Below, piece by piece: positions 18,717 to 28,688 of a DNA stretch of 52,333 nt. The DNA is from a bacterium (GTDB taxonomy: Bacteria; Patescibacteriota; CPR2; UBA1875; JAJYID01), in NCBI GenBank assembly GCA_021796415.1, contig JAJYJC010000004.1:1-52333 (forward strand), read 5' to 3'. The translations under genes and the position numbers were made by a program. How positions within the stretch are numbered: the first letter of the stretch is position 1; each line of letters opens with the position of its first letter. The notes under the pieces were generated by a model. The model searched no databases. It saw only the letters and a program-made list of their open reading frames with translations, and had not been told where the DNA came from.

Positions 18717-19720
18717 TACACCTTTATTTTTTGCGAGACTTTTTCCAGTTGTTTTCTGGCACCCATCAGAATCAATTTGTCGTTTACGCTAAGCATTTCA
18801 TTACCCGCCGGATTTATCTTCGTAGAACCGTCAACTCGATTTACCGCCAACACGGCAACATCGTCAGTCTGGGAAAGATAAAATGAGAGGGGTCTGTTTA
18901 CAAAAACCGATCCGGGGCCGATTTGCACTTCTTCAATCTGCAGTTCATCATGCTTGCCGTCTACAATAATGTCAAGAAAGTCAACAACAGCCGGCCTTAG
19001 CGCCATAGTGGCGATATGATACCCCGCTATCTGCTCCGGCATGGTTACTTCATTTGCGCCGGCTTTTTTGATTTTGGCCATGCCCTCTTCTCTTCTGGCT
19101 CTTGCGATGATATAGACATCCGGATTTAAGCTTCTTGCTGACAAAACAATATACAGGCTGTCCACCTCTGAACCGGGGACGATAATGACACTTTTTGCTT
19201 TCAAGATGCCAGCCTTTAAAAGGACATGTTCCTCGGTGGGATCTCCTTGTATGACCACATAATCTCTTTTTAGCGCCGCTTCTGTCTCCACGGGGTCTCT
19301 GTCAATCACTACGAAATCAACTTTCTCTTCTTCAAGCTCCTCCGCTATTTGCCGCCCCACTCTGCCATACCCGCAGATAATGTAGTGGTCTGTATATGAT
19401 TTAATTTTTTTCTCCATGTTCTTTTTCCTCCGATTTTCTTTAAAAGTTCCTTCAAAAAAATATTCAGCAATAAATTTTATGACATATGCAACTATGGCAT
19501 AACTGCCGAGTATCAGGACCAGAATAAGAATCTGCTGCAGAATCGATCCACTCGCCTCATGATAAAAATGCGTAAGCAGCACTAGCGCAGTCTGATAAAA
19601 AGCGCTCCAAAGGTTATCTCCATTTAACATCATAAAACCTGCTGTTCCCACTGTCAAAAGAACGGCAAACAGAAGCACGAGCACCTTCAGAACATCTGTT
19701 TTTGTATTTTGGTCGTTCAT
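18716..19720 (-). CDS. 2TM channel-like protein with RCK-N/RCK-C (TrkA) domains and non-canonical pore loop
   Basis: TM-pore-TM layout, IICGYGRVG Rossmann motif, GDPT, ARSLNP, RCK-C; filter reads THFYHE. Confidence 0.85.
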   Translation of the reverse strand: MNDQNTKTDVLKVLVLLFAVLLTVGTAGFMMLNGDNLWSAFYQTALVLLTHFYHEASGSILQQILILVLILGSYAIVAYVIKFIAEYFFEGTFKENRRKKNMEKKIKSYTDHYIICGYGRVGRQIAEELEEEKVDFVVIDRDPVETEAALKRDYVVIQGDPTEEHVLLKAGILKAKSVIIVPGSEVDSLYIVLSARSLNPDVYIIARARREEGMAKIKKAGANEVTMPEQIAGYHIATMALRPAVVDFLDIIVDGKHDELQIEEVQIGPGSVFVNRPLSFYLSQTDDVAVLAVNRVDGSTKINPAGNEMLSVNDKLILMGARKQLEKVSQKIKV

Positions 19721-19776
19721 TTACCCTCCGCCATAGATAAATTATAGCATTTTTAATGGACCAATATAATGTTTTT

Positions 19777-19980
19777 ATGAGAAAACCCCGAAATCGAACC
19801 TTGCGGCTATCGGTTCGAAAGGCGAGCGAAAAACTTTAGCGATCTTTTAAAAATATGACTTCCGGAATCGGCTTTCCTGCCTGCCGGCGGGCAGGTTGTC
19901 ATTTTTTAAATTTAAGCAAAGTTTTAAGCGACACCTTGAGAATCCGCTTAAGCCGCAATTTTTGCTTCATTTTTTCTAAA
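19777..19980. other. ~200-nt imperfect rod-like hairpin (6S-RNA-like or MITE-like)
   Basis: Nested pairings 19801-19808/19951-19958, 19830-19837/19918-19925 and 19847-19859/19898-19909; TATAAT at 19765. Confidence 0.55.
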
Positions 19981-20007
19981 AAAGTGAAAAAAGAAAAATT
20001 ATTTTTA

Positions 20008-20054
20008 TGGATTCCGAATCCCAGCCAAAGGAGGACAGACGAGACCGGAATGAC
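20008..20054. repeat. GGATTCCG...CCGGAATGAC REP-like element with 20-nt insert
   Basis: Ends match 10838-10886. Confidence 0.6.
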
Positions 20055-20075
20055 AAGAGGAAATAACAAAATTTT

Positions 20076-20486
20076 CTATCTCTTTGAGAACTGTGGAGCT
20101 TTTCTGGCTCTCTTCAAGCCGTATTTCTTTCTTTCTTTTGCCCTGGGATCTCTGGTTAAAAATCCTGACTTTCGAAGAGTGGTTTTGTTTGCTTCGTTAT
20201 AGTCAACCAGTGCGCGCGATATTCCGTGGGTTATAGCATCCAACTGTCCGCTTTTCCCGCCTCCAGCGACAACTACCGATATATCAAACTTCTTGGATAG
20301 GCCCAGAAGTTCAAGCGGTGAAAAAATCTTTTCTCTATCAATGGGATTTGTGAAGTAATCTTTGTAACTTTTTCCGTTTACAATGACATTTCCCGCACCA
20401 GAATACAGTCTGACTCTTGCGACAGCTTCCTTCCTTCTGCCGACAGCTGCATTATATTTGCCTTTAAACTGAATTTCTTTTTCCAT
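20076..20486 (-). CDS. rpsI: 30S ribosomal protein S9
   Basis: [10 protein letters not shown] and [19 protein letters not shown] motifs. Confidence 0.98.
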   Translation of the reverse strand: MEKEIQFKGKYNAAVGRRKEAVARVRLYSGAGNVIVNGKSYKDYFTNPIDREKIFSPLELLGLSKKFDISVVVAGGGKSGQLDAITHGISRALVDYNEANKTTLRKSGFLTRDPRAKERKKYGLKRARKAPQFSKR

Positions 20487-20935
20487 TATTTCTGAACCTT
20501 CCCTTTTTCAATGCGCAACTCTATCGGTTTTTGCGCCTCATGTTTATGTTTTTCGTCTGAATAAATTTTAAGCTTTTTCAAAAATTCTTTTTGCAATCTG
20601 TTTTTGGGAAGCATACCGGATATAGCATGCACTAAAATGTATTCCGGTTTTTTTTCTATCATCTCCTTAAATGTGGTGGTCCTAAGACCGCCGGGATACC
20701 AGCTGTGCGAATAATACTTCTTATCTTCAAACTTGTTGCCGGTAACTTTAACCTTTGCCGCATTTATAATGATAACAAAATCTCCGGTATCCATATGGGG
20801 GGAAAAGTCCGGCTTGTCCTTGCCCCGCAAAATGTCGCTTACAATAGCTGCCACCTTGCCCAAAGTCTGGCCTTTTGCGTCTATCAGATACCATTTTCTG
20901 TCTATATCACCCTTTTTGGGAATGAATGTTTTCAT
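20486..20935 (-). CDS. rplM: 50S ribosomal protein L13
   Basis: [23 protein letters not shown] and H.AQKP motifs. Confidence 0.98.
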   Translation of the reverse strand: MKTFIPKKGDIDRKWYLIDAKGQTLGKVAAIVSDILRGKDKPDFSPHMDTGDFVIIINAAKVKVTGNKFEDKKYYSHSWYPGGLRTTTFKEMIEKKPEYILVHAISGMLPKNRLQKEFLKKLKIYSDEKHKHEAQKPIELRIEKGKVQK

Positions 20936-21402
20936 TTCTTTGCCTCCTTAACCGCCGGTTTCTTTGCGCCAGACTTCTTGGTGTCGCTTGCTTTTTTAGT
21001 GTCTGTTTTCGCTTTTGTTTTTACCGCTTTCTTTGTAAGCTTCTCCGTGTCAAGCAGTTCGATGTATGCCATCTCGGCGGCATCGCCCGGCCTTATGCCA
21101 AGCTTTACGATTCTTGTGTAACCGCCTTTTCTCGATTCATACAACGGCGCAATCTCGGTAATAATTTTCTCAGTGGCGTTTTTGTCAAGCAGGTACGCAT
21201 TTAAGCGCCTTCTGGTTACGAAATTATCTTTGCTTCCCTTTGTGATTAGCTTTTCAACAATCGGCCGTATTTCCTTCGCTTTTGGCAGTGTGGTTTTAAT
21301 CTTTTCGTGGAGAATCAAAGAGGTGGCGAGATTTCTAAGCATTAAATCCCGATGTCCCTTTTCCCTCTTAAATTTTCTTCCTGTGTAACTATGCCTGTGC
21401 AT
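20932..21402 (-). CDS. rplQ: 50S ribosomal protein L17 with Lys-rich tail
   Basis: IKTTLPKAKE, GGYTRI and GDAAEMA motifs. Confidence 0.97.
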   Translation of the reverse strand: MHRHSYTGRKFKREKGHRDLMLRNLATSLILHEKIKTTLPKAKEIRPIVEKLITKGSKDNFVTRRRLNAYLLDKNATEKIITEIAPLYESRKGGYTRIVKLGIRPGDAAEMAYIELLDTEKLTKKAVKTKAKTDTKKASDTKKSGAKKPAVKEAKK

Positions 21403-22360
21403 CTTCTGATTCCTGTTTCTCTGTTGCTTCTTTATCCTTTAATAATCCCAGCTCCTCTAGTTTCTCCATAACTTCGTCATAAGCCTTGGCGCCAAAACCC
21501 TTAAGCCCCTTTAGTTCGTCAAAGCTTCTCTTCAAGATGTCATCTACTGTTTTGATGTCGTTATTTAGAAGTGCGTTCGTGGTTCTCGGAGATAAGTTTA
21601 TTTCCTCAACCATTATGCCGGATGAAGGATCGTCGATGTTCTCGAGCTTCTCTTCCCGCCTCTTTATCGAGGCGCTTTCTTTGCCGCTTAAGACCAGGAA
21701 GTGGTCCACTAAGAACTCTGCAGATCTCGATAGTGCTTCTTCGGGAGTTATGGTTCCGTCTGTCTCAACTTCCAAAACAAGCTTATCCAAGTTTGTCATT
21801 TGCCCAACACGAGTGCTTTCAACGTTATATCTGACTCTTCGAATTGGCGAAAAAAGAGCATCAAGCGCAATAAAGCCAACGCCCAGTTTTTCTTTCCTTC
21901 TTTTCTCAACTGTTATATAACCTCGTCCTCTTTCGATCCTAAGCTCTATATCCAACTTTGCATTTTTTGCATCAAGGGTTGCTATGTGGAGATCCGGGTT
22001 CATGATTTCTACTTCTGAATTCTTTTGGATCTTGGCAGCCGTCACCTCTCCTGCGCCTGATGCCGATAAGGTTAAGTACTGAGGCTCATCGGTTAGAGAT
22101 TTAACCCTTAATTTTTTTAGATTCATTATGATCTCAACCACATCTTCCTTGACATTTGGAATTGTTGAGAATTCGTGCAGGACGCCCTCTATCTTTACTG
22201 ATGTAACTGCCGATCCTTCAAGCGATGAAAGCAAAACTCTTCGCAGCGAATTCCCAAGAGTCATACCATAACCGGGATGCAATGGCTCTATGTTGAAAAC
22301 GGCTGCATTGTTTTTTGATTCTTGTTTTTTAATCTCTGGAAGTTGTATTTCGTGTAACAC
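21389..22360 (-). CDS. rpoA: RNA polymerase alpha subunit
   Basis: GYGMTLGNSLRRVLLSS, HEFSTI and alpha-CTD LSPRT.NAL motifs; GTG start. Confidence 0.98.
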   Translation of the reverse strand: MLHEIQLPEIKKQESKNNAAVFNIEPLHPGYGMTLGNSLRRVLLSSLEGSAVTSVKIEGVLHEFSTIPNVKEDVVEIIMNLKKLRVKSLTDEPQYLTLSASGAGEVTAAKIQKNSEVEIMNPDLHIATLDAKNAKLDIELRIERGRGYITVEKRRKEKLGVGFIALDALFSPIRRVRYNVESTRVGQMTNLDKLVLEVETDGTITPEEALSRSAEFLVDHFLVLSGKESASIKRREEKLENIDDPSSGIMVEEINLSPRTTNALLNNDIKTVDDILKRSFDELKGLKGFGAKAYDEVMEKLEELGLLKDKEATEKQESEDAQA

Positions 22361-22454
22361 GTGGTCTCCCTTCTGCCATTTGTTGAATGGCTTATTGTTT
22401 GTGATTTAATTTAAATGATTTTAATCCTAGTTGCCTGATTACCTAATTCCCATT

Positions 22455-23081
22455 CTATTTTGAATATAATTCCACTATTAATTGTTCGTTGATATTTGGA
22501 TCAATATCCTCTCTTTGAGGAATGCCTTTTACCTCACCTTTTAGTTTTGCAATGTCGGCCATTAACCAAGGTGATTCCTGATTTTCTTTTTTCTTCACAA
22601 TTTCTTTAAAATAATTGTTTGATTGCTTTGACTTTTTAACTTCTATTTTATCACCCGGCTTTAGTTCAAATGACGGGATATCAACCTTCTTGCCATTTAC
22701 TGTGAAATGTCCGTGTTTGATTAACTGTCTTGCCAATCGTCTTGAAGTTGCAAAGCCCATCCTGTAAACCACATTGTCAAATCTCATCTCTAATAACTGT
22801 AAAAGAACTTCGCCGGTTAATCCCTGTTTGCCTTCTGCCTTCTTATAATAATTTCGAAACTGTTCTTCTAAAACACCATAAATTCTCTTTACCTTTTGCT
22901 TTGCGCGCAGCTGCGTCCCGTATTCGCTAACCTTCTTTCTTGCTGATGCAAGGCCATGAACTCCGGGTGCGTATGTGCGGCGAACCACCGGACATTTCTG
23001 GGAGTAGCATTTTTCCCCTTTGATGAACAGTTTTTCGCCCTCACGCCTGCATTGCCTGCATTGTTCTTTAATCTTTGCCAT
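22455..23081 (-). CDS. rpsD: 30S ribosomal protein S4 (zinc-type)
   Basis: C..CRREG, KQKVKRIYG and LIVELYSK motifs; start ATG 23081 overlaps the rpsK stop. Confidence 0.97.
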   Translation of the reverse strand: MAKIKEQCRQCRREGEKLFIKGEKCYSQKCPVVRRTYAPGVHGLASARKKVSEYGTQLRAKQKVKRIYGVLEEQFRNYYKKAEGKQGLTGEVLLQLLEMRFDNVVYRMGFATSRRLARQLIKHGHFTVNGKKVDIPSFELKPGDKIEVKKSKQSNNYFKEIVKKKENQESPWLMADIAKLKGEVKGIPQREDIDPNINEQLIVELYSK

Positions 23082-23476
23082 TATACTCTCCTCGGTTTCT
23101 TTGCTCTGCATCCGTTATGGGGAAGCGGCGTTACATCTTTTATTGACTTTACATATATACCAAGAGATTGAAGCGCTCTGACAGCTGTTTCTCTGCCGGA
23201 ACCGATACCTTTTACATATACGTCTACTTCGCTTAAACCATAGGGTTTCGCCTTTTCGACTGCTGCTTCCATTGCTATCTGTGCCGCGTATGGGGTAGAC
23301 TTTCTCGACCCTTTAAATCCGGATGATCCGCTTGAACCCCAAGCGATAACATTTCCGGCTTCATCAGCAATAGAAATAATAGTGTTATTAAAAGTTGCCT
23401 TTATGTGAACTGTTCCTTTGTTTACAACTTTTTTAACTTTTTTTCTTTTTTTAACTGTTGCTTTTGGTTTTGCCAT
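23081..23476 (-). CDS. rpsK: 30S ribosomal protein S11
   Basis: [14 protein letters not shown] and [11 protein letters not shown] motifs. Confidence 0.98.
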   Translation of the reverse strand: MAKPKATVKKRKKVKKVVNKGTVHIKATFNNTIISIADEAGNVIAWGSSGSSGFKGSRKSTPYAAQIAMEAAVEKAKPYGLSEVDVYVKGIGSGRETAVRALQSLGIYVKSIKDVTPLPHNGCRAKKPRRV

Positions 23477-23482
23477 GATATT

Positions 23483-23565
23483 TTGGTTAATTGGTTAATC
23501 GGTGTATGGGTTCATGGAGATTTTTCCTACTAACCTACCTACCCATTCACCCAACAACCCATCTA
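23483..23565. repeat. family C hairpin element (rpsM-rpsK)
   Basis: 8-nt periodic complementary arms. Confidence 0.8.
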
Positions 23566-23949
23566 TGTTTTTGCTGAAGGTTTCTTCCTTCCGCTTCCAA
23601 CGCTTATCTTCTTTCCTCTTTTTGTTCTCGAATTTGTCTTGGTTCTTTGCCCTCTTACAGGAAGACCGGCCTTATGTCTCGCACCGCGATATGTGTTTAT
23701 GGCTTTCAGGCGATTGACATTCACGCTGACTTCGCGCCTAAGATCACCTTCTATTGTAAAATTTTTTGTGATGTATTCGCGAAGTTTTGTGAGTTCGCTC
23801 TCGGACAGATCCTTGGTTCTCTTGTTTGAATCAATTCCGGTGTCTTTTAGTATCTTTTTCGAGCGAGTCAAACCAATACCATAAATATATCGAAGAGATG
23901 CTTCTATTCTTTTTTCTTCCGGTATATTTACGCCTGCTATTCTTGCCAT
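23563..23949 (-). CDS. rpsM: 30S ribosomal protein S13
   Basis: [15 protein letters not shown] and GLPVRGQRT motifs. Confidence 0.98.
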   Translation of the reverse strand: MARIAGVNIPEEKRIEASLRYIYGIGLTRSKKILKDTGIDSNKRTKDLSESELTKLREYITKNFTIEGDLRREVSVNVNRLKAINTYRGARHKAGLPVRGQRTKTNSRTKRGKKISVGSGRKKPSAKT

Positions 23950-23950
23950 A

Positions 23951-24021
23951 TATTGGTTCCTTGGTTTATGGATTTATGGGTTTTCCTAATTACCTACTAA
24001 CCTATTTACCCATTGACCTAT
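23951..24021. repeat. family C hairpin element (rpmJ-rpsM)
   Basis: 8-nt periodic complementary arms. Confidence 0.8.
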
Positions 24022-24022
24022 A

Positions 24023-24136
24023 TTATCCTTGCCTCTGCTTGTGCTTAGGATTCTCACAAATAACCCTAACCACGCCCTTTCGCCTGATTACTTTGCACTT
24101 TGAACAAATTTTCTTGACTCCTGCTCTAACCTTCAT
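24023..24136 (-). CDS. rpmJ: 50S ribosomal protein L36 (below the ORF-track cutoff)
   Basis: Hand translation [37 protein letters not shown]. Confidence 0.97.
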   Translation of the reverse strand: MKVRAGVKKICSKCKVIRRKGVVRVICENPKHKQRQG

Positions 24137-24163
24137 TGTTTTTCATCTTTTGGACGACTCCGA

Positions 24164-24433
24164 CTAAGCGTCGGGGCTGCCCTGATTATTTTCTTCTATT
24201 CTTTTTGGCTTCTCCTTGTGTCTGTATGTGATTCTACCCTTCGTTAAGTCATAAGGCGTCATCTCAACCGTTACCCTATCACCCGGTAAAATTTTGATGT
24301 AATGCATCCTCATTTTTCCGGAAATATGCGCCAAAATAATATGCCCGTTCTCTAGCTCTACTTTAAACATCGCATTTGGAAGAGTTTCGAGGACGGTGCC
24401 TTCTACTTCAATTACTTCCTTTGTATCGCTCAT
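24164..24433 (-). CDS. infA: translation initiation factor IF-1
   Basis: [15 protein letters not shown] and PYDLTKGRI motifs; ~15-aa C-terminal extension. Confidence 0.98.
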   Translation of the reverse strand: MSDTKEVIEVEGTVLETLPNAMFKVELENGHIILAHISGKMRMHYIKILPGDRVTVEMTPYDLTKGRITYRHKEKPKRIEENNQGSPDA

Positions 24434-24470
24434 AACTTCTTTATTCTCTGTCTTTCAATCGTTAAGTGAT

Positions 24471-24499
24471 ATTATACACAATTTATTTCTGATTTGCAA
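24471..24499 (-). promoter_or_regulatory. promoter of the infA/alpha operon
   Basis: TTGCAA-17bp-TATAAT with TG extension. Confidence 0.75.
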
Positions 24500-24506
24500 C
24501 ACTTTT

Positions 24507-25826
24507 CTATATGATTTCATCATAACTTCGGGTAATAATTTGGGCCTTTAACTGATTAATGATTTCAATTGCCACAGCCACCACGATCAAGATGCCCGTC
24601 CCGCCAATGGCAAAATTCTGAGCATTGGTAAATATTTGCATTGCAAAAGGAAAGACAGCGATAATACTCAAAAATATAGCGCCCCAAAGCGTTACCCGCA
24701 TAATGAGATATGTCAGATATTTTTCCGTCTGTGTGCCAGGCCTTATCCCGGGTATAAAGCCGCCTTGTTTCTGGATGTTTTCAGCTACGTCTTTCGGCTT
24801 AAAATACAAGAAGGTTGAGAAAAAGGTAAAAGAGAACACAAGAAAAAAGTAAAATATAGCGTATTCCGGCGTGGTACTTGCAAAAGTGGTTTTTATAAAA
24901 TCAGCTGCGTTCTTTATCCAAGCTGTTTTGGCATTTGAAAGAAACCCGATCACTTGAGGAATATTCATAAAGGCGCCGGCAAAGATTATAGGAATAACAC
25001 CGGTCATATTAAGCCTTAAGGGCAAATGAGTATCTACTCCCCCATAAAGCTTTGCTCCCCGTATGCGTTTGGCATAAGAAATGGGAACCTTGCGCTTGGC
25101 TTCCGTAATAAAGACGATCAGAAGCACCATCACAACTGTCAATACAGAGACTAAACCAAACATCATCAATGCCTGATTGTCTATCTGTTCTCCGCCAAAT
25201 ATCTTGCTGACAGACTGCCCCACAAATTGAGGAAGTCTCGCTAATATACCGGCAAAAATTATGATGGATATGCCATTGCCTAAACCTTTTTCCGTAATAA
25301 GCTCACCCAGCCACATTAAAAATACCGTGCCAACGGTAATTGATAGTAACATAATGAACCACCCAAAAGCACCAACGCCCGCAAGCAGATTAACGCCCGC
25401 TTGGCTGCTAATGCTTTGGAGCAGTTTGATCATGCCGAAGCCTTCTATAAAACAAAGCGGAACAGTTATGTATCTTGTGTATTGATTAAGTTTTTGCCTT
25501 GTTTCCTCTGACTCTTTGTTCATTTGCTCTAGCTTTGGAGAAACCATAGTCAAAAGCTGGATCATAATAGAAGCCGTGATGTATGGCCCCAAACTCATTA
25601 GGCCGATTGAAAATCTGGAGGTGCTCCCGCCGGAAAATACATCAAAGAATGGCAGAACAGAGTTCCCCGATGAAAAGGCCTTGTCAAAAAATGCTTTCAA
25701 ATTATCCGGTGAGGGACCGGGAATAGGTACGTGGGAAATCAAGCGAAAAATCAAGAGAACAAACAATATATACCCTATCTTCTTTAAGAGATCTTTATTT
25801 TTGAATATTTTGTTCCAGTAGTTCAT
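24507..25826 (-). CDS. secY: preprotein translocase subunit SecY
   Basis: LGPYITASI, GLGNGISIIIF, GVIPIIFA and FIPGIRPG motifs. Confidence 0.98.
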   Translation of the reverse strand: MNYWNKIFKNKDLLKKIGYILFVLLIFRLISHVPIPGPSPDNLKAFFDKAFSSGNSVLPFFDVFSGGSTSRFSIGLMSLGPYITASIMIQLLTMVSPKLEQMNKESEETRQKLNQYTRYITVPLCFIEGFGMIKLLQSISSQAGVNLLAGVGAFGWFIMLLSITVGTVFLMWLGELITEKGLGNGISIIIFAGILARLPQFVGQSVSKIFGGEQIDNQALMMFGLVSVLTVVMVLLIVFITEAKRKVPISYAKRIRGAKLYGGVDTHLPLRLNMTGVIPIIFAGAFMNIPQVIGFLSNAKTAWIKNAADFIKTTFASTTPEYAIFYFFLVFSFTFFSTFLYFKPKDVAENIQKQGGFIPGIRPGTQTEKYLTYLIMRVTLWGAIFLSIIAVFPFAMQIFTNAQNFAIGGTGILIVVAVAIEIINQLKAQIITRSYDEII

Positions 25827-25830
25827 TCTC

Positions 25831-25933
25831 GTTGGTTAATTGGTTCGTTGGTTAATTGGTTCGTTGACAAGTGGATTCAGGAGAAACATTCCTCCGATAA
25901 ACCCATGCACCTATTTACTCATTAACCTATTTA
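25831..25933. repeat. family C hairpin element (rplO-secY)
   Basis: Includes an exact 16-nt tandem TTGGTTAATTGGTTCG x2; overlaps the rplO 3' end. Confidence 0.8.
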
Positions 25934-26345
25934 CTTTGCCGCCTTTTGCCACGATGGCCTTTTCAGCTGATTTTGAAACAAAGTCTACATTCACGTCAAC
26001 TGCCTTTTCGATCTTTCCATTCCCGAGAACCTTAACGGGCATTTTATCATCCTGTATTAGTCCTTTTTGCAAAAGTTTTTCTTTTGTGATTTTCCCCGTA
26101 AATCCGTTTAAGTCGCTAAGATTTACAACTTGATTCTTCGGATGTATGGATTTGAAACCTTTCAGCTGCGGCAATCTCTTTGCCAGGGGCGTCTGTCCGC
26201 CTTCAAAGCCAATGCGAATCTTGCCGCCGGACCTTGACTTCTGACCCTTTGTGCCTCGTCCTGCAGTCTTTCCTGTCCCGCTACCGATGCCTCGGCCAAC
26301 CCTTTTCTTATTTTTTGTTGTTGGAATTAAATTATTTAGTTCCAT
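25911..26345 (-). CDS. rplO: 50S ribosomal protein L15
   Basis: RVGRGIGSG.GKT and FEGGQTPL motifs. Confidence 0.98.
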   Translation of the reverse strand: MELNNLIPTTKNKKRVGRGIGSGTGKTAGRGTKGQKSRSGGKIRIGFEGGQTPLAKRLPQLKGFKSIHPKNQVVNLSDLNGFTGKITKEKLLQKGLIQDDKMPVKVLGNGKIEKAVDVNVDFVSKSAEKAIVAKGGKVNRLMSK

Positions 26346-26365
26346 TTTTTCATCCTTTGGATGAT

Positions 26366-26408
26366 CGCCTCCGCCGTTGTCGGATAAACTCCGCTTTGCG
26401 AAGAGCGA
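26366..26408. repeat. REP-like element with CTCCGC duplication
   Basis: CTCCGC...CGGATAAACTCCGCTT.GCGAAG shared with 38102-38147. Confidence 0.7.
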
Positions 26409-26433
26409 CTTCCTAAATTAATTACCTTGTTTA

Positions 26434-27072
26434 TTACTTTTTGACTGTCTTAGACTTTACTGATTTCTTTGCGGCAGTCTTTGTCTTTGCAACTTTTTTG
26501 GCCGGTTTATCATCTGTGGATTTATCAGATTTTACGACTTTCTTTGGTTTCTTCTCTTCCTTTTTGGGAACTTCTCTTTCCTGAAGGCTTTTTAAAGCTT
26601 CAAAGGTCGCATAAACATTATTTATTTTATTTGTTGAGCCTAGCATCTTTGACAGGATATCTTTTACCCCCGCGGCTTCAACTACCGCTCGAACGGCACC
26701 GCCCGCGATAACGCCTGTACCCGGACGAGCCGGTTTTAAAAATACTTTCGCGCCGCAATAAACGCTATTAACTTCATGCGGAATAGTTGCCTCATAAAGG
26801 TTGACGTCTACCATGTTTTTCTTTGCCTTCGCAATAGCCTTTGTTATAGCCAAAACAACTGCTGTACCTTTTGCAACTCCGACGCCAACTTTGCCCTTCC
26901 TGTCCCCTACCACAACAGTAGCGCGAAATCTGAGGCGCCTGCCGCCTTTTACCACTCTGGTAACACGATCAATCTGAATAACTCTCTCGTCATGCTCCTC
27001 GGCATTTCGAATCTCTCTTCCTGCGTTTTTCTTCGCTTGCTTATTTCCTTGTTTCTCTTCTTTTTCAGCCAT
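26434..27072 (-). CDS. rpsE: 30S ribosomal protein S5 with Lys-rich tail
   Basis: [10 protein letters not shown] and GTGVIAGG motifs. Confidence 0.98.
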   Translation of the reverse strand: MAEKEEKQGNKQAKKNAGREIRNAEEHDERVIQIDRVTRVVKGGRRLRFRATVVVGDRKGKVGVGVAKGTAVVLAITKAIAKAKKNMVDVNLYEATIPHEVNSVYCGAKVFLKPARPGTGVIAGGAVRAVVEAAGVKDILSKMLGSTNKINNVYATFEALKSLQEREVPKKEEKKPKKVVKSDKSTDDKPAKKVAKTKTAAKKSVKSKTVKK

Positions 27073-27108
27073 CTTTGTCCTTTAGTAACTTAATAACTTA
27101 TAAACCAA

Positions 27109-27465
27109 CTAAAATTCAAGCCCGCCTTCTCTCGCGCCATCGGCAAATGCCTTGACTCTGCCATGATAAAGCTTGCCATTTCTGTCAAAAACAACTTTCT
27201 TAATTTTTTTGTCTTTTGCTTTTTGGGCGATCAACAGTCCAATGCGTTTTGCAGTTTCTGTTTTTGTCTCCTTTTGCTTCTTCGCGCCTTTCTCAGCGTC
27301 ACTTGCTGAAACGAGGGTTTTGCCGTTCTTGTCATCGATAATCTGCCCTGAGATATGCTGATTTGACGAGAAGACAGAAAGCCTTGGACACTCAGCTGTT
27401 CCGCTGACTTTTGCCCTGATTCTTCTTTTTCTTGCGTGTAGTTTATCTGTTTTTGTCGCTTTCAT
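27109..27465 (-). CDS. rplR: 50S ribosomal protein L18
   Basis: PRLSVF, VVFDR and [15 protein letters not shown] motifs. Confidence 0.98.
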   Translation of the reverse strand: MKATKTDKLHARKRRIRAKVSGTAECPRLSVFSSNQHISGQIIDDKNGKTLVSASDAEKGAKKQKETKTETAKRIGLLIAQKAKDKKIKKVVFDRNGKLYHGRVKAFADGAREGGLEF

Positions 27466-27496
27466 CTTTTTTCCTAATTACCTAATTTAACTAAAC

Positions 27497-28033
27497 CTAT
27501 TTCCCGGCGGTTTTCCCTGCTTTTCTCCTGATAACCTCGTCTGCATATCTAATACCCTTCCCCTTGTAGGGTTCAGGCTTTCTCACTTTTCTGACTTCAG
27601 CAGCAAACTGGCCTACTTGCTGCTTGTCTCGTCCTGAAATGGTAATGGTGTTTTTCTGGACTTTTGCTTCAAGTCCGTCCGGAACCGTCAATTCAACCGG
27701 CTTGTTGTATCCCATGTTGAGCACTAGCTTTCCGCCGTCAACCGCAGCCCTGTAACCCGTTCCTTTAAATTCCAGCTTCTTCTCAAAACCTTCGCTCACA
27801 CCAATAACCATGTTGTTTATCAATGTCCTCGTTAATCCCCAAAGCTCCCTAGCCTCCGGCGTATCTGTCTTTTTAGTCACCAAAATCGTACCGCCTTCTG
27901 TTTTTGCTTCAATTTGCCTGTTTTTTACAAATGAAAGCTCTCCCTTGGGACCGTTTACTTTAATGGTATCCCCAGAGATATCGACTTTCACACCTTCTTT
28001 GATTTGTATTGGTAATTTCCCTATTCTGGACAT
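27497..28033 (-). CDS. rplF: 50S ribosomal protein L6
   Basis: MSRIGK.PI and PEPYKGKGIRY motifs. Confidence 0.98.
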   Translation of the reverse strand: MSRIGKLPIQIKEGVKVDISGDTIKVNGPKGELSFVKNRQIEAKTEGGTILVTKKTDTPEARELWGLTRTLINNMVIGVSEGFEKKLEFKGTGYRAAVDGGKLVLNMGYNKPVELTVPDGLEAKVQKNTITISGRDKQQVGQFAAEVRKVRKPEPYKGKGIRYADEVIRRKAGKTAGK

Positions 28034-28042
28034 TTTTCTTTC

Positions 28043-28417
28043 CTAATATATTTTACAAATTATTTCACCGCCCAAGCCTTGCTTTTTTGCCTCTGATCCT
28101 GTCATGACGCCTCTTGATGTCGAAATGACTATCATGCCCATGCCTTGCAACACGCTTGGAATGTCGCTTTTTTTGGTATAGACTCGGCATCCCGGCTTTG
28201 AAACTCGCTCAATCTTCTGCATTTTCTTATCAGATAACTTCACTGTTAAATATCCCGGCGTTTCCTTCTCGGACGAAAATCCATCCACATAACCCTTGGC
28301 TTGAATTACTTTTAGGATATCTCTTTTGATCCTGGAATCAGGAATTAAAACAGTATCCTTCCCTACCATGGAAGCATTTCTGATTCTTGTTAACATATCT
28401 GCTATTGGGTCATTCAT
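28043..28417 (-). CDS. rpsH: 30S ribosomal protein S8
   Basis: DPIADMLTRIRNA, SKPG.RVY and GGEI motifs. Confidence 0.98.
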   Translation of the reverse strand: MNDPIADMLTRIRNASMVGKDTVLIPDSRIKRDILKVIQAKGYVDGFSSEKETPGYLTVKLSDKKMQKIERVSKPGCRVYTKKSDIPSVLQGMGMIVISTSRGVMTGSEAKKQGLGGEIICKIY

Positions 28418-28427
28418 ATAAACTCCT

Positions 28428-28494
28428 TTGGTTATTGGGTCAGTGGGTTGATAGATTATTAGGTAATTCTTTCCTATAAACCCATAAACCTATT
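28428..28494. repeat. family C hairpin element (rpsN-rpsH)
   Basis: 8-nt periodic arms. Confidence 0.7.
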
Positions 28495-28680
28495 CTACCA
28501 ACTTGACTTTGTTACACCGGGTATTTCACCCTTGTTTGCCATTTCCCTAAAACATATTCGGCAAAGCTCAAACTGTCTGATATACCCCCTGGGTCTTCCG
28601 CATTTTTTGCACCTTGAAACCTTGCGCGTAGAATACTTCGGTTTTTTTTCTGCTTTTACTATCATTGATTTTCTTGCCAT
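28495..28680 (-). CDS. rpsN: 30S ribosomal protein S14 type Z
   Basis: C..CGR, CRICFR and PGVTKSSW motifs. Confidence 0.97.
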   Translation of the reverse strand: MARKSMIVKAEKKPKYSTRKVSRCKKCGRPRGYIRQFELCRICFREMANKGEIPGVTKSSW

Positions 28681-28688
28681 AACAACTC

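Noticed and set aside
19636-19653. TVGTAG as the channel selectivity filter
   Set aside because: It lies at the end of TM1, before the pore helix; the filter position is THFYHE
19721-20075. c-di-AMP (ydaO) riboswitch for the RCK channel
   Set aside because: Conserved GCTGAA/GGAAC/GGGTGAA core not found, and the gene's own -10 lies only ~20 bp from its start
19855-20202. 115-aa plus-strand ORF
   Set aside because: Composed of repeat and hairpin DNA plus antisense rpsI
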